DNA of 64,000 bases, from NCBI RefSeq assembly GCF_964355755.1, contig NC_092671.1, forward strand, positions 930,001 to 994,000, given 5' to 3'. The stretch comes from Antedon mediterranea (Eukaryota; Animalia; Echinodermata). A model generated the notes under the pieces. That model ran no database searches, was not told where the DNA came from, and saw nothing but the letters and a program-made list of their open reading frames with translations. The first letter of the stretch is position 1; every line of letters starts with the position of its first letter. The position numbers and the translations under genes were made by a program. Shown in pieces: positions 28,858-38,821 of the stretch.

Positions 28858-29317
28858 TGTAATAAATTACCATTCCCTAACATATAGAGTAACATAGTAT
28901 TTACATGAACATTCTAGAATAAGATGTTTTGATTTAATAAACCATGTATAATTAATAAGAACAATCAAGAACATTCCAGAAGTGCTATTAATAGAAACTG
29001 TAATCATGTAATAATGAGAAGTATAAAGAATGATCTAGAAGGATAGGAGCATCTTGTATATAAAGGGATGTAAACTATTGTAAGGTTGTTGGATTAGAGG
29101 TTGGATTAGAGGTTGGATGTTATATTGTAAAGTCATTGTGAAGCTGTTGTTTAAAGTGCTTACTGGATTGTTGAAAGTTGAAGTTGATTGAAATTAAAGC
29201 TTTGTTTTTGAGTTATTTTACAACTTTGTGGATTTTGTGTGTATACTTTTATGTCACAAGGGAGTTCCTAAAGTATTTTCAACCGCTCGGAAACATACGT
29301 GAGAGGAGTTCGTGACA
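28858..29317 (+). repeat. 5' LTR (460 bp)
   Basis: Starts TGTAATAAATT, ends GTTCGTGACA. TATA-like TATATAAA at 29057-29064 and ATTAAA poly(A)-like signal near 29193. Matches 34464-34923 with no differences seen by eye. Confidence 0.96.
28906..29064 (+). promoter_or_regulatory. LTR U3 promoter with heat-shock elements and TATA box
   Basis: tGAAcaTTCtaGAAt (28906-28920) and aGAAcaTTCcaGAAg (28968-28982) are perfect nGAAnnTTCnnGAAn. aGAAtgATCtaGAAg (29027-29041) has one mismatch. TATATAAA at 29057. Same motifs in the 3' LTR (34512-34647). Confidence 0.7.
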
Positions 29318-29322
29318 TAATT

Positions 29323-29361
29323 TGGTGGCAGCGGTGTTCAGCCTAATTTGGTGGCAGCGGT
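29323..29361 (+). promoter_or_regulatory. Primer-binding site (tRNA-Leu type), present twice
   Basis: TGGTGGCAGCGGTG (29323-29336) and TGGTGGCAGCGGT (29349-29361) are complementary to the 3' end (…CACCGCTGCCA-CCA) of eukaryotic tRNA-Leu(AAG/TAG-type). Confidence 0.85.
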
Positions 29362-29680
29362 TATTTCGATCTACTGTTCGACTTAACTGTGTATTTATCT
29401 ACAGTACTGTTGTGATATTTTGTGGTAGCAGTTTGATCTACTGTATTTTGCCATAGATTGGTGGCTGTTTAGGATCAACTGTACTTTTATTGATATTTTG
29501 AGGAAGTGGTACTTACGATACTGAGATATTTTACGGAAGCCGTGGTGCTACGTTTTGTTTAATCGTAAGTACACAAACATTGTTTTAAGAACAGTACATT
29601 ATTTATTTGGAACAGTAGACTTGTGAACGTCTCGGTAACTACGATTAACTAGTAACAAGACCCTCATCCAGATTTAAAAA

Positions 29681-32600
29681 ATGGCTGATAAACAATCAAC
29701 AACAAGATCCGGTAGAGAATACAGCGGCGGCGATGAAACTGATTCGGATGTAGAATCAGTTCAATCAATTCAACCTGAACAACAGGCAGAAGAGTCTGGA
29801 CCAACCAGTGGACATAACCCTACAGGGGCTGACTCATTTTCAAAAGACTTTTTGTTGTTGATGCAGCAGCAAATGCAACAGCAGAATATTATGATGCAGC
29901 AGATGATGAAACAACAAGAACGTTCACGTCAAGAAGATAATGAAAGACGTCGGGAAGATATAGAGAAACAAGAACGTTTACGCAAGGAAGATATAGAGAA
30001 ACAAGAACGTTTACGCAAAGAAGATATGGAAAGACAAGAACGTTTACGTAGGGAAGATATGGAGAAACAGCAAGCATTAGTAATGGCGTTAATGGACAAG
30101 CAAAAGGACAGTGAGGAGAAACGATTAAAAGACATAATGAGATTGAAGGAAGTTCAGATTGCAAAGCTTTCTGATAGTGATGATATTGAAAATTATCTCA
30201 CTACGTTTGAACGTATTGCTAACACCTATGAGTGGCGAAAAGAACACTGGGTAGTAAAACTAATACCTCATTTGACAGGCAAAGCAAGAGCAGCCTATGC
30301 ATCACTACCAGTGACAGAAAGTAACCAGTACGACATAGTGAAGAAAGCAATATTACAAAGGTATGACATAACTGAAGAGACATATAGGCAAAGGTTTAGG
30401 TCAATTAAAAAGAAAAGTGAAGAAAGTTATAGAGAAATGTATGTTAGGTTAAAAGATTTATTTACTAAGTGGGCTAGGCCTGCTGATAAAAGCAAAGATG
30501 ATTTAGCTGAAATTGTTATTTTAGAGCAATTGATAGATATTATGCCCACAGGGGTACAAATTTGGGTTAAAGAACATAAACCAGATTCGGGATTAAATGC
30601 TGCGGAATTAGCAGATAATTATTTTCAAGCTAGAAAAGGTATCGATTTTGAGAAAAAGTTTCAAAATAGAAAACACGAAAATAGAAACAACCAGGAGAAA
30701 ACAGTGAAAGGCACTCCTGAAGTTGACAGTAAGGGTAATAATAATCCCCCTGATAACTTTCATAAATCACAATCTGACGCTAGACAACCTCTCGTTTGTA
30801 GACGGTGCAAAAAAGTAGGCCACATAGAACGATTTTGTCGAAGTAAGGATGGCTTTTTGTCGACAAAGACAGATACTGTTTCAAAACCATGTACACCTTA
30901 CATTTGTAGAGGCCTAGTTGAAGGATGTGATTGTGAAATTTTGATAGACTCTGGATGTGATATGACACTTGTTCATTCTGATTTAGTAGCGGCTAAGAAA
31001 ATTAATCGCGCGGAGCAAGCTAAAATTACATGCAGGTGCGTCCATGACCATGTCCAAGCCTATCCTACTGCATTCGTCAATATTAAGATTAATAACGAAG
31101 ACCATAATTTGTTGGTTGGCGTTTGCAGCGATTTACCAAGAGATGTAATTCTTGGTAGGGACTTTCCTAAATTTGGAGACTTATTAGGAAAGAGGGATAA
31201 GAATCATGATAGGCATAGTTTTGTTGCCACTAGAGATCATGCTAGAAAAGAAAAACTAAGAGAGGAAAACGAATTAAAGTCGGAAAAAGCTTCTGGGGTT
31301 ATTTCACATCAGTTAGATGATGTGGTTAATTTTCAAGAAGAATTTGGACATTTAGATGGCCAACTACTCAGTAACAACCCTCCCAAGGAAAAAGTTCATA
31401 AAACCAGAAGTGAGAAACGAAAAGTTAGGAAAGAGTTTGCAAAAACAAAGGAAGCTCAATCTAGCCAAGATAGTGAATTAGACATTTTAGATATTGGCAG
31501 AGATAAAATTAAGGATTATCAGGTTAAGGATAGAACTTTAATTTCACTTCGAGAACAGATGTTAGTACAGAAGGATGATGACACTATAAAGATAGTCTGT
31601 AAGGATGGAATTTTATTTAGGCAGGTTTTCACTAAACACCAGACAGAACCAATAGAGCAATTAGTAGTTCCATACCCTTGCCGTAATAGTGTATTGAAAG
31701 TCTCACATGATATTCCTTTGGCAGGTCATTTAGGTAGGAAAAAGACATTAGATAGGATAAAGCAGAGATTCTTTTGGCCTGGTATTAGAAAGGATGTGAC
31801 CGAATATTGTAACACTTGTGAAAATTGTCAGAAAACTTCAAAGTATAAAACTAAATTGAAGGCCCCGATGATTCCTTTGCCAATAATCAGTGAACCATTC
31901 CGCCGAATCGCTATGGACATTGTTGGTCCACTAGCACGGAGTAAGACAGGAAATAAATATGTCTTGGTTATATGTGATTATGCAACTCGATATCCGGAGG
32001 CTATCCCACTGAGAAGTATTGAAGCTCCAAAGATAGCGGATGAGTTGATTAAATTATTTTCCAGGGTAGGGGTACCAACAGAAATTTTAACCGATCAAGG
32101 CTCTAACTTTACCTCTAAGTTGTTGAGTCAAATTTATAAGTTACTTTCAATTAAGGGCTTGACTACTTCTCCCTACCATCCACAAACCGATGGATTAGTG
32201 GAAAGATTTAATGGCACCCTCAAGGCTATGATTAGAAAATTTGTTCAGGATGATCCCCGAGAATGGGATAAATTGCTTCCGTACCTATTATTTGCTTATA
32301 GGGAGGTACCGCAGGAGTCAACTGGGTTCTCTCCATTTGAATTATTGTATGGTTGGAAGGTACGAGGTCCACTTGATATAATGAAAGAAATGTGGACAGG
32401 CACGGTGACAGGTCCTCAAAGTGTGGTTTCACACGTTGTTAAAATGAGAGATAGGTTAACTTCAATGAAAGATCTAGTCCAGGAAAACATTGAACTATCC
32501 CAAACAAGGCAAAAACAAAAATATGATCAGAAATCTGTTTGTAGAGAATTTAGTCCAGGTGATGAAGTCCTATTACTCTTACCATCTAGTAACGATGCAT

Positions 32601-34240
32601 TAGAGGCAAAATGGCAAGGTCCTTACAAGGTTTTAAGGAAACTAGGTCCAGTAAACTATGAGGTGGAAACTAATGATAAACGGAAAAAGTCAAAAGTCTA
32701 CCACATAAATCTTTTAAAACAATTTCATCGTAGAACTATTGAGGTTATGCTGGCTATAAATGATGTAACTGGACAAGACGAGGGTCAGGATAAGGACATT
32801 TCTTGGTCAAATATTTCTAGTTCCAATTTAACCTTAGATTCTGGTGAAGGATTAGATGAATCTCAGCTTTCAGATTTAGCGGAGGTGTTTTCTGAATTTG
32901 ACTCAGTGTTACAGGACAAGCCAGGGAAAACTACTGTAATAAAGCATGATATTGAAATGAACCTAGGGGTACACCCAGTTAGATTAAGAGCTTATCCAAT
33001 TCCTCAGGCTAAGTTAGGCAAAGTAAAAGAAGAGATAGAATCTATGTTGGAACTTGGGGTAATAGAAGAGTCTCACAGTCCCTGGTCCTCTCCTTATATC
33101 ATGGTACCAAAGCCGGACGGTACAGCTCGCTTTTGCGTAAATTACAAAAAAGTGAATAGCTTGAGCAAGTTTGATGCATATCCAATGCCTCGAATAGACG
33201 AAATAATAGGCAGGGTTGGTCCTGCTAAATTTATAACAAAGTTAGATTTATGTAAAGGTTACTGGCAGGTTCCATTAACTGAACGGTCAAAACCATATAC
33301 AGCTTTTTCAACACCAATGGGTTTGTACCAATTTAAGTATTTACCATTTGGCTTGCATGGGGCTCCTGCAACGTTTCAAAGAATGATGGATCAACTGTTG
33401 CGCAAGAAAGAATCTTATGCAGCAGCTTATATGGATGATCTGGTAATATTTAGTCCAGACTGGGAAAGTCATATCCATCATCTTAGGGACATTTTTCAGA
33501 CCCTCAAGCAAGCTAATCTGACAGTCAAACCTGCAAAATGTAGTTTCGCACATAGTAAAGTGCATTATTTAGGGTATGTAGTTGGAGAGGGAATGATACG
33601 TCCTCAAAAGACTAAGGTAGAAGCGGTAGTACAATGGGAAAAACCTAAAACTAAGAAGGATGTTAAATCTTTTCTTGGCCTGACAGGATACTACCGAAAG
33701 TTTATTCCTAATTATGCTGACATCGCAGCACCTCTAACTGATCTGACGGGGAAAAAACATCCAGATAAAATCAAATGGACGCCTGAGTGCGAAGATGCAC
33801 TTGTAAAGTTAAAACAGGCGTTATGTTCAGACCCTGTGTTACGAAACCCAGATTTTAATGCAGAGTTTATACTGCAAACAGATGCGTCAGATCGAGGGTT
33901 AGGTGCAGTACTTAGTCAACTAGGTCCTGATGGTACTGACCATCCAGTATTGTATCTTAGTCGTAAGATGTTCCCAAGAGAACAGAATTATGCAACTATA
34001 GAGAAAGAGTGTTTAGCTATAAAATGGGCTGTCGAAAGTCTGCGATATTATCTACTAGGCAGAAAATTTAAGATAGTTACTGACCATCAACCACTCAAAT
34101 GGTTGGTTGAAATGAAAGAGACAAACAAAAGACTAACTAGATGGAGTCTTGATTTACAACCTTATTGCTTTACTGTTGTACATAGAAGGGGTATTTCTAA
34201 TGGTAATGCTGACGGATTGTCACGAAAACCATTAACTTAA
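29681..34240 (+). CDS. Gag-Pol polyprotein (SCAN-like capsid, CCHC zinc knuckle, aspartic protease, integrase, reverse transcriptase, RNase H)
   Basis: Motifs in order: ETYRQRFR...ILEQLIDIMP...WVKEHKP (SCAN-like capsid CTD); CRRCKKVGHIERFC; ILIDSGCDMTLV; HDIPLAGHLG...CNTCENC; IAMDIVGPL...TDQGSNF...VERFNGTLK; WQGPYKV; LPFGLHGAPATFQR...YMDDL; QTDASDRGLGAVL...EKECLAI...TDHQPL...NADGLSR. Confidence 0.97.
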   Translation: MADKQSTTRSGREYSGGDETDSDVESVQSIQPEQQAEESGPTSGHNPTGADSFSKDFLLLMQQQMQQQNIMMQQMMKQQERSRQEDNERRREDIEKQERLRKEDIEKQERLRKEDMERQERLRREDMEKQQALVMALMDKQKDSEEKRLKDIMRLKEVQIAKLSDSDDIENYLTTFERIANTYEWRKEHWVVKLIPHLTGKARAAYASLPVTESNQYDIVKKAILQRYDITEETYRQRFRSIKKKSEESYREMYVRLKDLFTKWARPADKSKDDLAEIVILEQLIDIMPTGVQIWVKEHKPDSGLNAAELADNYFQARKGIDFEKKFQNRKHENRNNQEKTVKGTPEVDSKGNNNPPDNFHKSQSDARQPLVCRRCKKVGHIERFCRSKDGFLSTKTDTVSKPCTPYICRGLVEGCDCEILIDSGCDMTLVHSDLVAAKKINRAEQAKITCRCVHDHVQAYPTAFVNIKINNEDHNLLVGVCSDLPRDVILGRDFPKFGDLLGKRDKNHDRHSFVATRDHARKEKLREENELKSEKASGVISHQLDDVVNFQEEFGHLDGQLLSNNPPKEKVHKTRSEKRKVRKEFAKTKEAQSSQDSELDILDIGRDKIKDYQVKDRTLISLREQMLVQKDDDTIKIVCKDGILFRQVFTKHQTEPIEQLVVPYPCRNSVLKVSHDIPLAGHLGRKKTLDRIKQRFFWPGIRKDVTEYCNTCENCQKTSKYKTKLKAPMIPLPIISEPFRRIAMDIVGPLARSKTGNKYVLVICDYATRYPEAIPLRSIEAPKIADELIKLFSRVGVPTEILTDQGSNFTSKLLSQIYKLLSIKGLTTSPYHPQTDGLVERFNGTLKAMIRKFVQDDPREWDKLLPYLLFAYREVPQESTGFSPFELLYGWKVRGPLDIMKEMWTGTVTGPQSVVSHVVKMRDRLTSMKDLVQENIELSQTRQKQKYDQKSVCREFSPGDEVLLLLPSSNDALEAKWQGPYKVLRKLGPVNYEVETNDKRKKSKVYHINLLKQFHRRTIEVMLAINDVTGQDEGQDKDISWSNISSSNLTLDSGEGLDESQLSDLAEVFSEFDSVLQDKPGKTTVIKHDIEMNLGVHPVRLRAYPIPQAKLGKVKEEIESMLELGVIEESHSPWSSPYIMVPKPDGTARFCVNYKKVNSLSKFDAYPMPRIDEIIGRVGPAKFITKLDLCKGYWQVPLTERSKPYTAFSTPMGLYQFKYLPFGLHGAPATFQRMMDQLLRKKESYAAAYMDDLVIFSPDWESHIHHLRDIFQTLKQANLTVKPAKCSFAHSKVHYLGYVVGEGMIRPQKTKVEAVVQWEKPKTKKDVKSFLGLTGYYRKFIPNYADIAAPLTDLTGKKHPDKIKWTPECEDALVKLKQALCSDPVLRNPDFNAEFILQTDASDRGLGAVLSQLGPDGTDHPVLYLSRKMFPREQNYATIEKECLAIKWAVESLRYYLLGRKFKIVTDHQPLKWLVEMKETNKRLTRWSLDLQPYCFTVVHRRGISNGNADGLSRKPLT

Positions 34241-34448
34241 GGGTTACTTTACAAATAGACAAAATAGGTTTTAATGTTTATAAGTTACTTGTTTCTTACA
34301 TTTTGTTTGTAATGAGAATTTGGTTTTCACGTAATGTAGTTTGAATTTATATTCATATATTAAACAGGGTTTCTAGGTCGGAAATGTTATATTTTGCCAC
34401 GTCCGTGTATACTTTCCCCTCAAAACTCCAAGAAAGAGTTTTGAGCTC

Positions 34449-34463
34449 AGAAAGAGGGGGGAG
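34449..34463 (+). promoter_or_regulatory. Polypurine tract
   Basis: AGAAAGAGGGGGGAG immediately 5' of the 3' LTR. Confidence 0.9.
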
Positions 34464-34923
34464 TGTAATAAATTACCATTCCCTAACATATAGAGTAACA
34501 TAGTATTTACATGAACATTCTAGAATAAGATGTTTTGATTTAATAAACCATGTATAATTAATAAGAACAATCAAGAACATTCCAGAAGTGCTATTAATAG
34601 AAACTGTAATCATGTAATAATGAGAAGTATAAAGAATGATCTAGAAGGATAGGAGCATCTTGTATATAAAGGGATGTAAACTATTGTAAGGTTGTTGGAT
34701 TAGAGGTTGGATTAGAGGTTGGATGTTATATTGTAAAGTCATTGTGAAGCTGTTGTTTAAAGTGCTTACTGGATTGTTGAAAGTTGAAGTTGATTGAAAT
34801 TAAAGCTTTGTTTTTGAGTTATTTTACAACTTTGTGGATTTTGTGTGTATACTTTTATGTCACAAGGGAGTTCCTAAAGTATTTTCAACCGCTCGGAAAC
34901 ATACGTGAGAGGAGTTCGTGACA
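34464..34923 (+). repeat. 3' LTR (460 bp)
   Basis: Copy of the 5' LTR, preceded by the PPT and followed by TSD ACTGT. Confidence 0.96.
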
Positions 34924-37900
34924 ACTGTATCAATTTGTGGAAAAAAAAAATCTCCTTAAAACGCTCGAAACATGACATTAATAGGGTAATCAAAATTGTA
35001 CATTGCAAATAAATAAAAGTTTTCTGGGCCAACTAAACGCATTTAAAACCATTTATTTAAATGTCAAACAAAATCTGTTTTTTAAATGAAATTATATCAC
35101 CTCTTGAGAAGTACTGTACCTTAAAGTATCAATAACATATTGAAAGTCAAAAGTAAAAAAAAGATAAACATTGAATTATATAATAAAGTCACACTATAAT
35201 ACAGTAGTAGTGATATCTGAAAGGGCAGATTTTATATATTATTATAAATGTGTAATTTCTACTACTAATAAACCAAACTACAAATCACACAATTGCCAAA
35301 AGCATTATCCTGACATTTAAATATCAGGAGGAGTAATTTCAAATGTCATATAAAGCAAACCAGATTATTTTCAAAATTGACTAATAGATTCAACTTTTGA
35401 TTGGCTTAAAATCATTGGCAAACTGAACCAACATTTTAAATTTAAGTTAAATGACCAATCAGGATCAAGCAATGTTATTATTTACAAAATTTACATACAT
35501 ACAGTACTTCATGTTTAAAAGCTATGTTGTTTGTCATGGTGATAAAATGACAATGCCAACATGTTTTTTATATATTACAAAATATACCTATTTTGAAATA
35601 ATAATGGGTCATGTTGATAGTCATGTGATGGCTAAGTTGGGTTAATGAAAAATGAAAAAAGATTTAGGCAAAAATTAACTTTTCAGATATTACTGAAATA
35701 AATACCATACCAATCGATCAATCAATTTAATAAGATTTTTTTTTTGTAAGATTTGCTAAGCGTTTTAGGAAACTAATCCATGAAACTAAAAGCTACCAAA
35801 TCCAGATCAACACCCACATACAGTGCTTCTTCTTCTTCTTCAATACTTTACAAACAACACATTTGATCTTCATTCATGGATGCTGTTGCTAATGCTAAGT
35901 ACGAACTTCTGCATTCCGTTGGAATTGAACATACTGTTGTAAAGGAGTTAAATTACCAAATTGGCATTCACAAAATTATTGTACTGATGTGAATTCTAAA
36001 CATTTGAAGTATAAGACATTAACTAATCTACAATTCTTCATCAAACCTGATGACAACAAACCGATTATATTTATAGACATTTTGGTGTGTCCTCTGGCTC
36101 TGATAAAATCTTTAACTGTAGGCTACGCTTTGCAGTAATGTGCTTTTGAACTATTGGGCCCTTTCAAACAGCATTTCCTCATGGCTCTGAATAAATGAAA
36201 ATAATGAAGACTTAGCTAACAATAGACACACAGCAAACAGCCTACCCACATTGTCTTCTTCTTCTTTATCATCATTAGGCAATTATTAAGAGAAAACAAT
36301 TTTAAAAAGCAGAAGAGTTGAAAAATTGTTAGTCTATAATAAAACTAATGTTAAACATTATATAATAGAGGGCGATATAAAAATAAATATTATATTAAAA
36401 ACACCAACAATATGTAACTGAAGTGAAACACTAATTAAATCAATTTAACAAGCTATTAATTAGTAAAATAAACTCAGCTATGACCATTTATAACTTTATT
36501 TCACAATAAAATGATATAAAACGATATGGTTGTTTAATGATTTTTTAATGTATTTTTGTAGCGCTCTTCTCAAAGAGAAATAGGCCAATGTCAGTTTATC
36601 CAGGTAAGCTAGGCATGAAACAGACAATGATAGGTTTGAAGGCCACTTTTTACTTTTAATAACATTAACAAGCTACTTGAAATCATCATTTTTCATAATT
36701 AAGCCAATACATATTTAATTTTTTTAATACAATTTTAAACATACAGTAATGGCATACACATCACAGCATGAGAAGATATCCCCTCGGCTCTAATAATTAT
36801 TGATTTGATAGTTACATATCTAGCAGTGTACTAAACTTACTCAGGTATTTAATACAGTTTTAGTAACCATCGTATTCTCTGATCCGCTGTAGTTTGATAT
36901 TACAGTAGTTAGCAGTATACAGTAACTATTAATACAATATTAATTTAAAACAGTTAATAGTAACTCCCATTTTCTGTAAAACATACCCACTTTTGGTTCT
37001 TTAAAAATTCATTTTAAATCATTTTATTCAGCAGATGCCATATATACAGAAAGGTATGGTAAATCCACAATTAGCACGAATCTATTTAATATGTTCATTT
37101 CTTTTTCGTTTATTATTTTTTTCGTAATCCAACCGTTTCAGCTTTGGATGTTTGTTTGAATTTGATGTTTTTATACCTGAATAAGTAATTAAATAAAATT
37201 TACAATGCACTTTTGATATTTTTTTTGATTTTTGAGAATTGACAAACAGTAAATATAAATATTATTATTTTTCACAATCTGACTGTAGACTGCAGTGAAA
37301 CATTGTTATTGTATGTAGCTTTCCTCCTTCTACTAGTAGTAATATTATTACGATTCATTCTACTAGTAGTAATATTATTACGATTCATTCATGTGATGAT
37401 TATTTATGCAATTGATCATGTACGTACGTAACTCTGATAATATTTCAGTGTCCTTGCGGATGAAACTAGACTACAAGTAAAGCTAAGTGAAAACAATACA
37501 ATATTGTGTCTTAATTGTCAAAATAATACACAAACACAATACAATATGTAAAATCAATGTGTTCAATAATATATCACTGTAAATTATTTGTGTTCTTTTT
37601 ATTATATAAACCATGCTTGTAATTTATTCTCTTATTATTTTGAGGCGATGAAGAAAATGTTTTAGACATTAAAGTTAACAATACAGAATACTGTAGGCAG
37701 TGATACACATTGCAGGGATATAAATATTTAAAACACGAAAGTGGGATTAATAAACAGAAGCAGAAGAATACTAGAAGATATTAATACTGAGTGGGAAGAG
37801 CAGGTTGGGAGTAGAACAGTATAAACAATCCTGTTTCATATTCTTAATGATAATACTGGTACAAAAAAACAGGCAATATAATACTGTGTAATCTATTTAT

Positions 37901-38176
37901 TCTGTATGAAATATATTAATATCAATACCGTGTCCTACACAGTAAGATATTCATTCAAGTGGATATATTATCTGAATGCATTTTTAATTGAAAAGTTTAT
38001 CGAACGTATTATTCGTAATGCACTATAAGAATTTGAATAAAAGCAATACATTGTGAAATAGCAGTAGGTTCTGTCAATGGTTAAGGGTGTACTTTTTGAA
38101 AAATTAAATATTGACACAAATTTGTTGAACACAATACAAACGTTATCAAATGAGGGAGGATCATACACTGACAGTG

Positions 38177-38570
38177 AACATTAACATGGACCTCACTTAA
38201 CATTAAAATGGACCCCACTTAACATTAACATTAACATGGACCCCACTTAACATTAACATTAACATGGACCCCACTTAACATAACCATTCACATGGACCCC
38301 ACTTAACATTCACATGGACCCCACTTAACATTAACATGGACCTCACTTAACATTAAAATGGACCCCACTTAACATTAACATTAACATGGACCCCACTTAA
38401 CATTAACATTAACATGGACCCCACTTAACATTAACATTCACATGGACCCCACTTAACATTCACATGGACCCCACTTAACATTCACATGGACCCCACTTAA
38501 CATTAACATGGACCCCACTTAACATTAACATGGACCCCACTTAACATTAACATTAACATGGACCCCACTT
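38177..38570. repeat. 22/28-bp minisatellite (AACATTAACATGGACCCCACTT)
   Basis: About 16 tandem copies with a variable AACATT duplication. Confidence 0.95.
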
Positions 38571-38642
38571 TAAGAAAGAAAAATGTTCATATTCAACAGT
38601 ACAGTAGAATTCATTGTTGTTTTACGCGATAGACAAGCTTTA

Positions 38643-38821
38643 AGCGTGGTTCCCACTAGCGACGCAACGCAAGGACGTAACGCAACGCAAATGAATTGAC
38701 CAATCACAATCGATGGCTTATTTGCTTGTGATTGCTAACTGTCTATAACTTCGCTTGTCATTGGTTAAAACGCTTGCGTTGCGTTTACGTCCTTGCGTTA
38801 CGTTCTAGTGGGAACCAAGCC
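38643..38821. mobile_element. Palindromic MITE family B (Harbinger-like, TTA TSD)
   Basis: TIR AGC(G/T)TGGTTCCCACTAG, internal inverted ACGCAACGCAAGGACGTAA, TTA flanks. Degenerate relatives at ~2866-3017, ~14148-14235 and ~56069-56213. Confidence 0.75.

Larger units (their letters stand above)
28858..34923 (+). mobile_element. Full-length Ty3/Gypsy LTR retrotransposon, Gmr1-like clade (integrase upstream of RT)
   Basis: Two 460-bp direct repeats with TGT...ACA ends (28858-29317, 34464-34923). 5-bp TSD ACTGT (28853-28857, 34924-34928). PBS after the 5' LTR, polypurine tract before the 3' LTR, and one uninterrupted 1519-aa gag-pol ORF. Confidence 0.97.

Noticed and set aside
29889-33565. Short antisense ORFs within the retrotransposon (possible accessory/env genes)
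   Set aside because: They are 60-90-aa shadows of the gag-pol frame, and only ~220 bp separate the pol stop from the 3' LTR, leaving no room for env.
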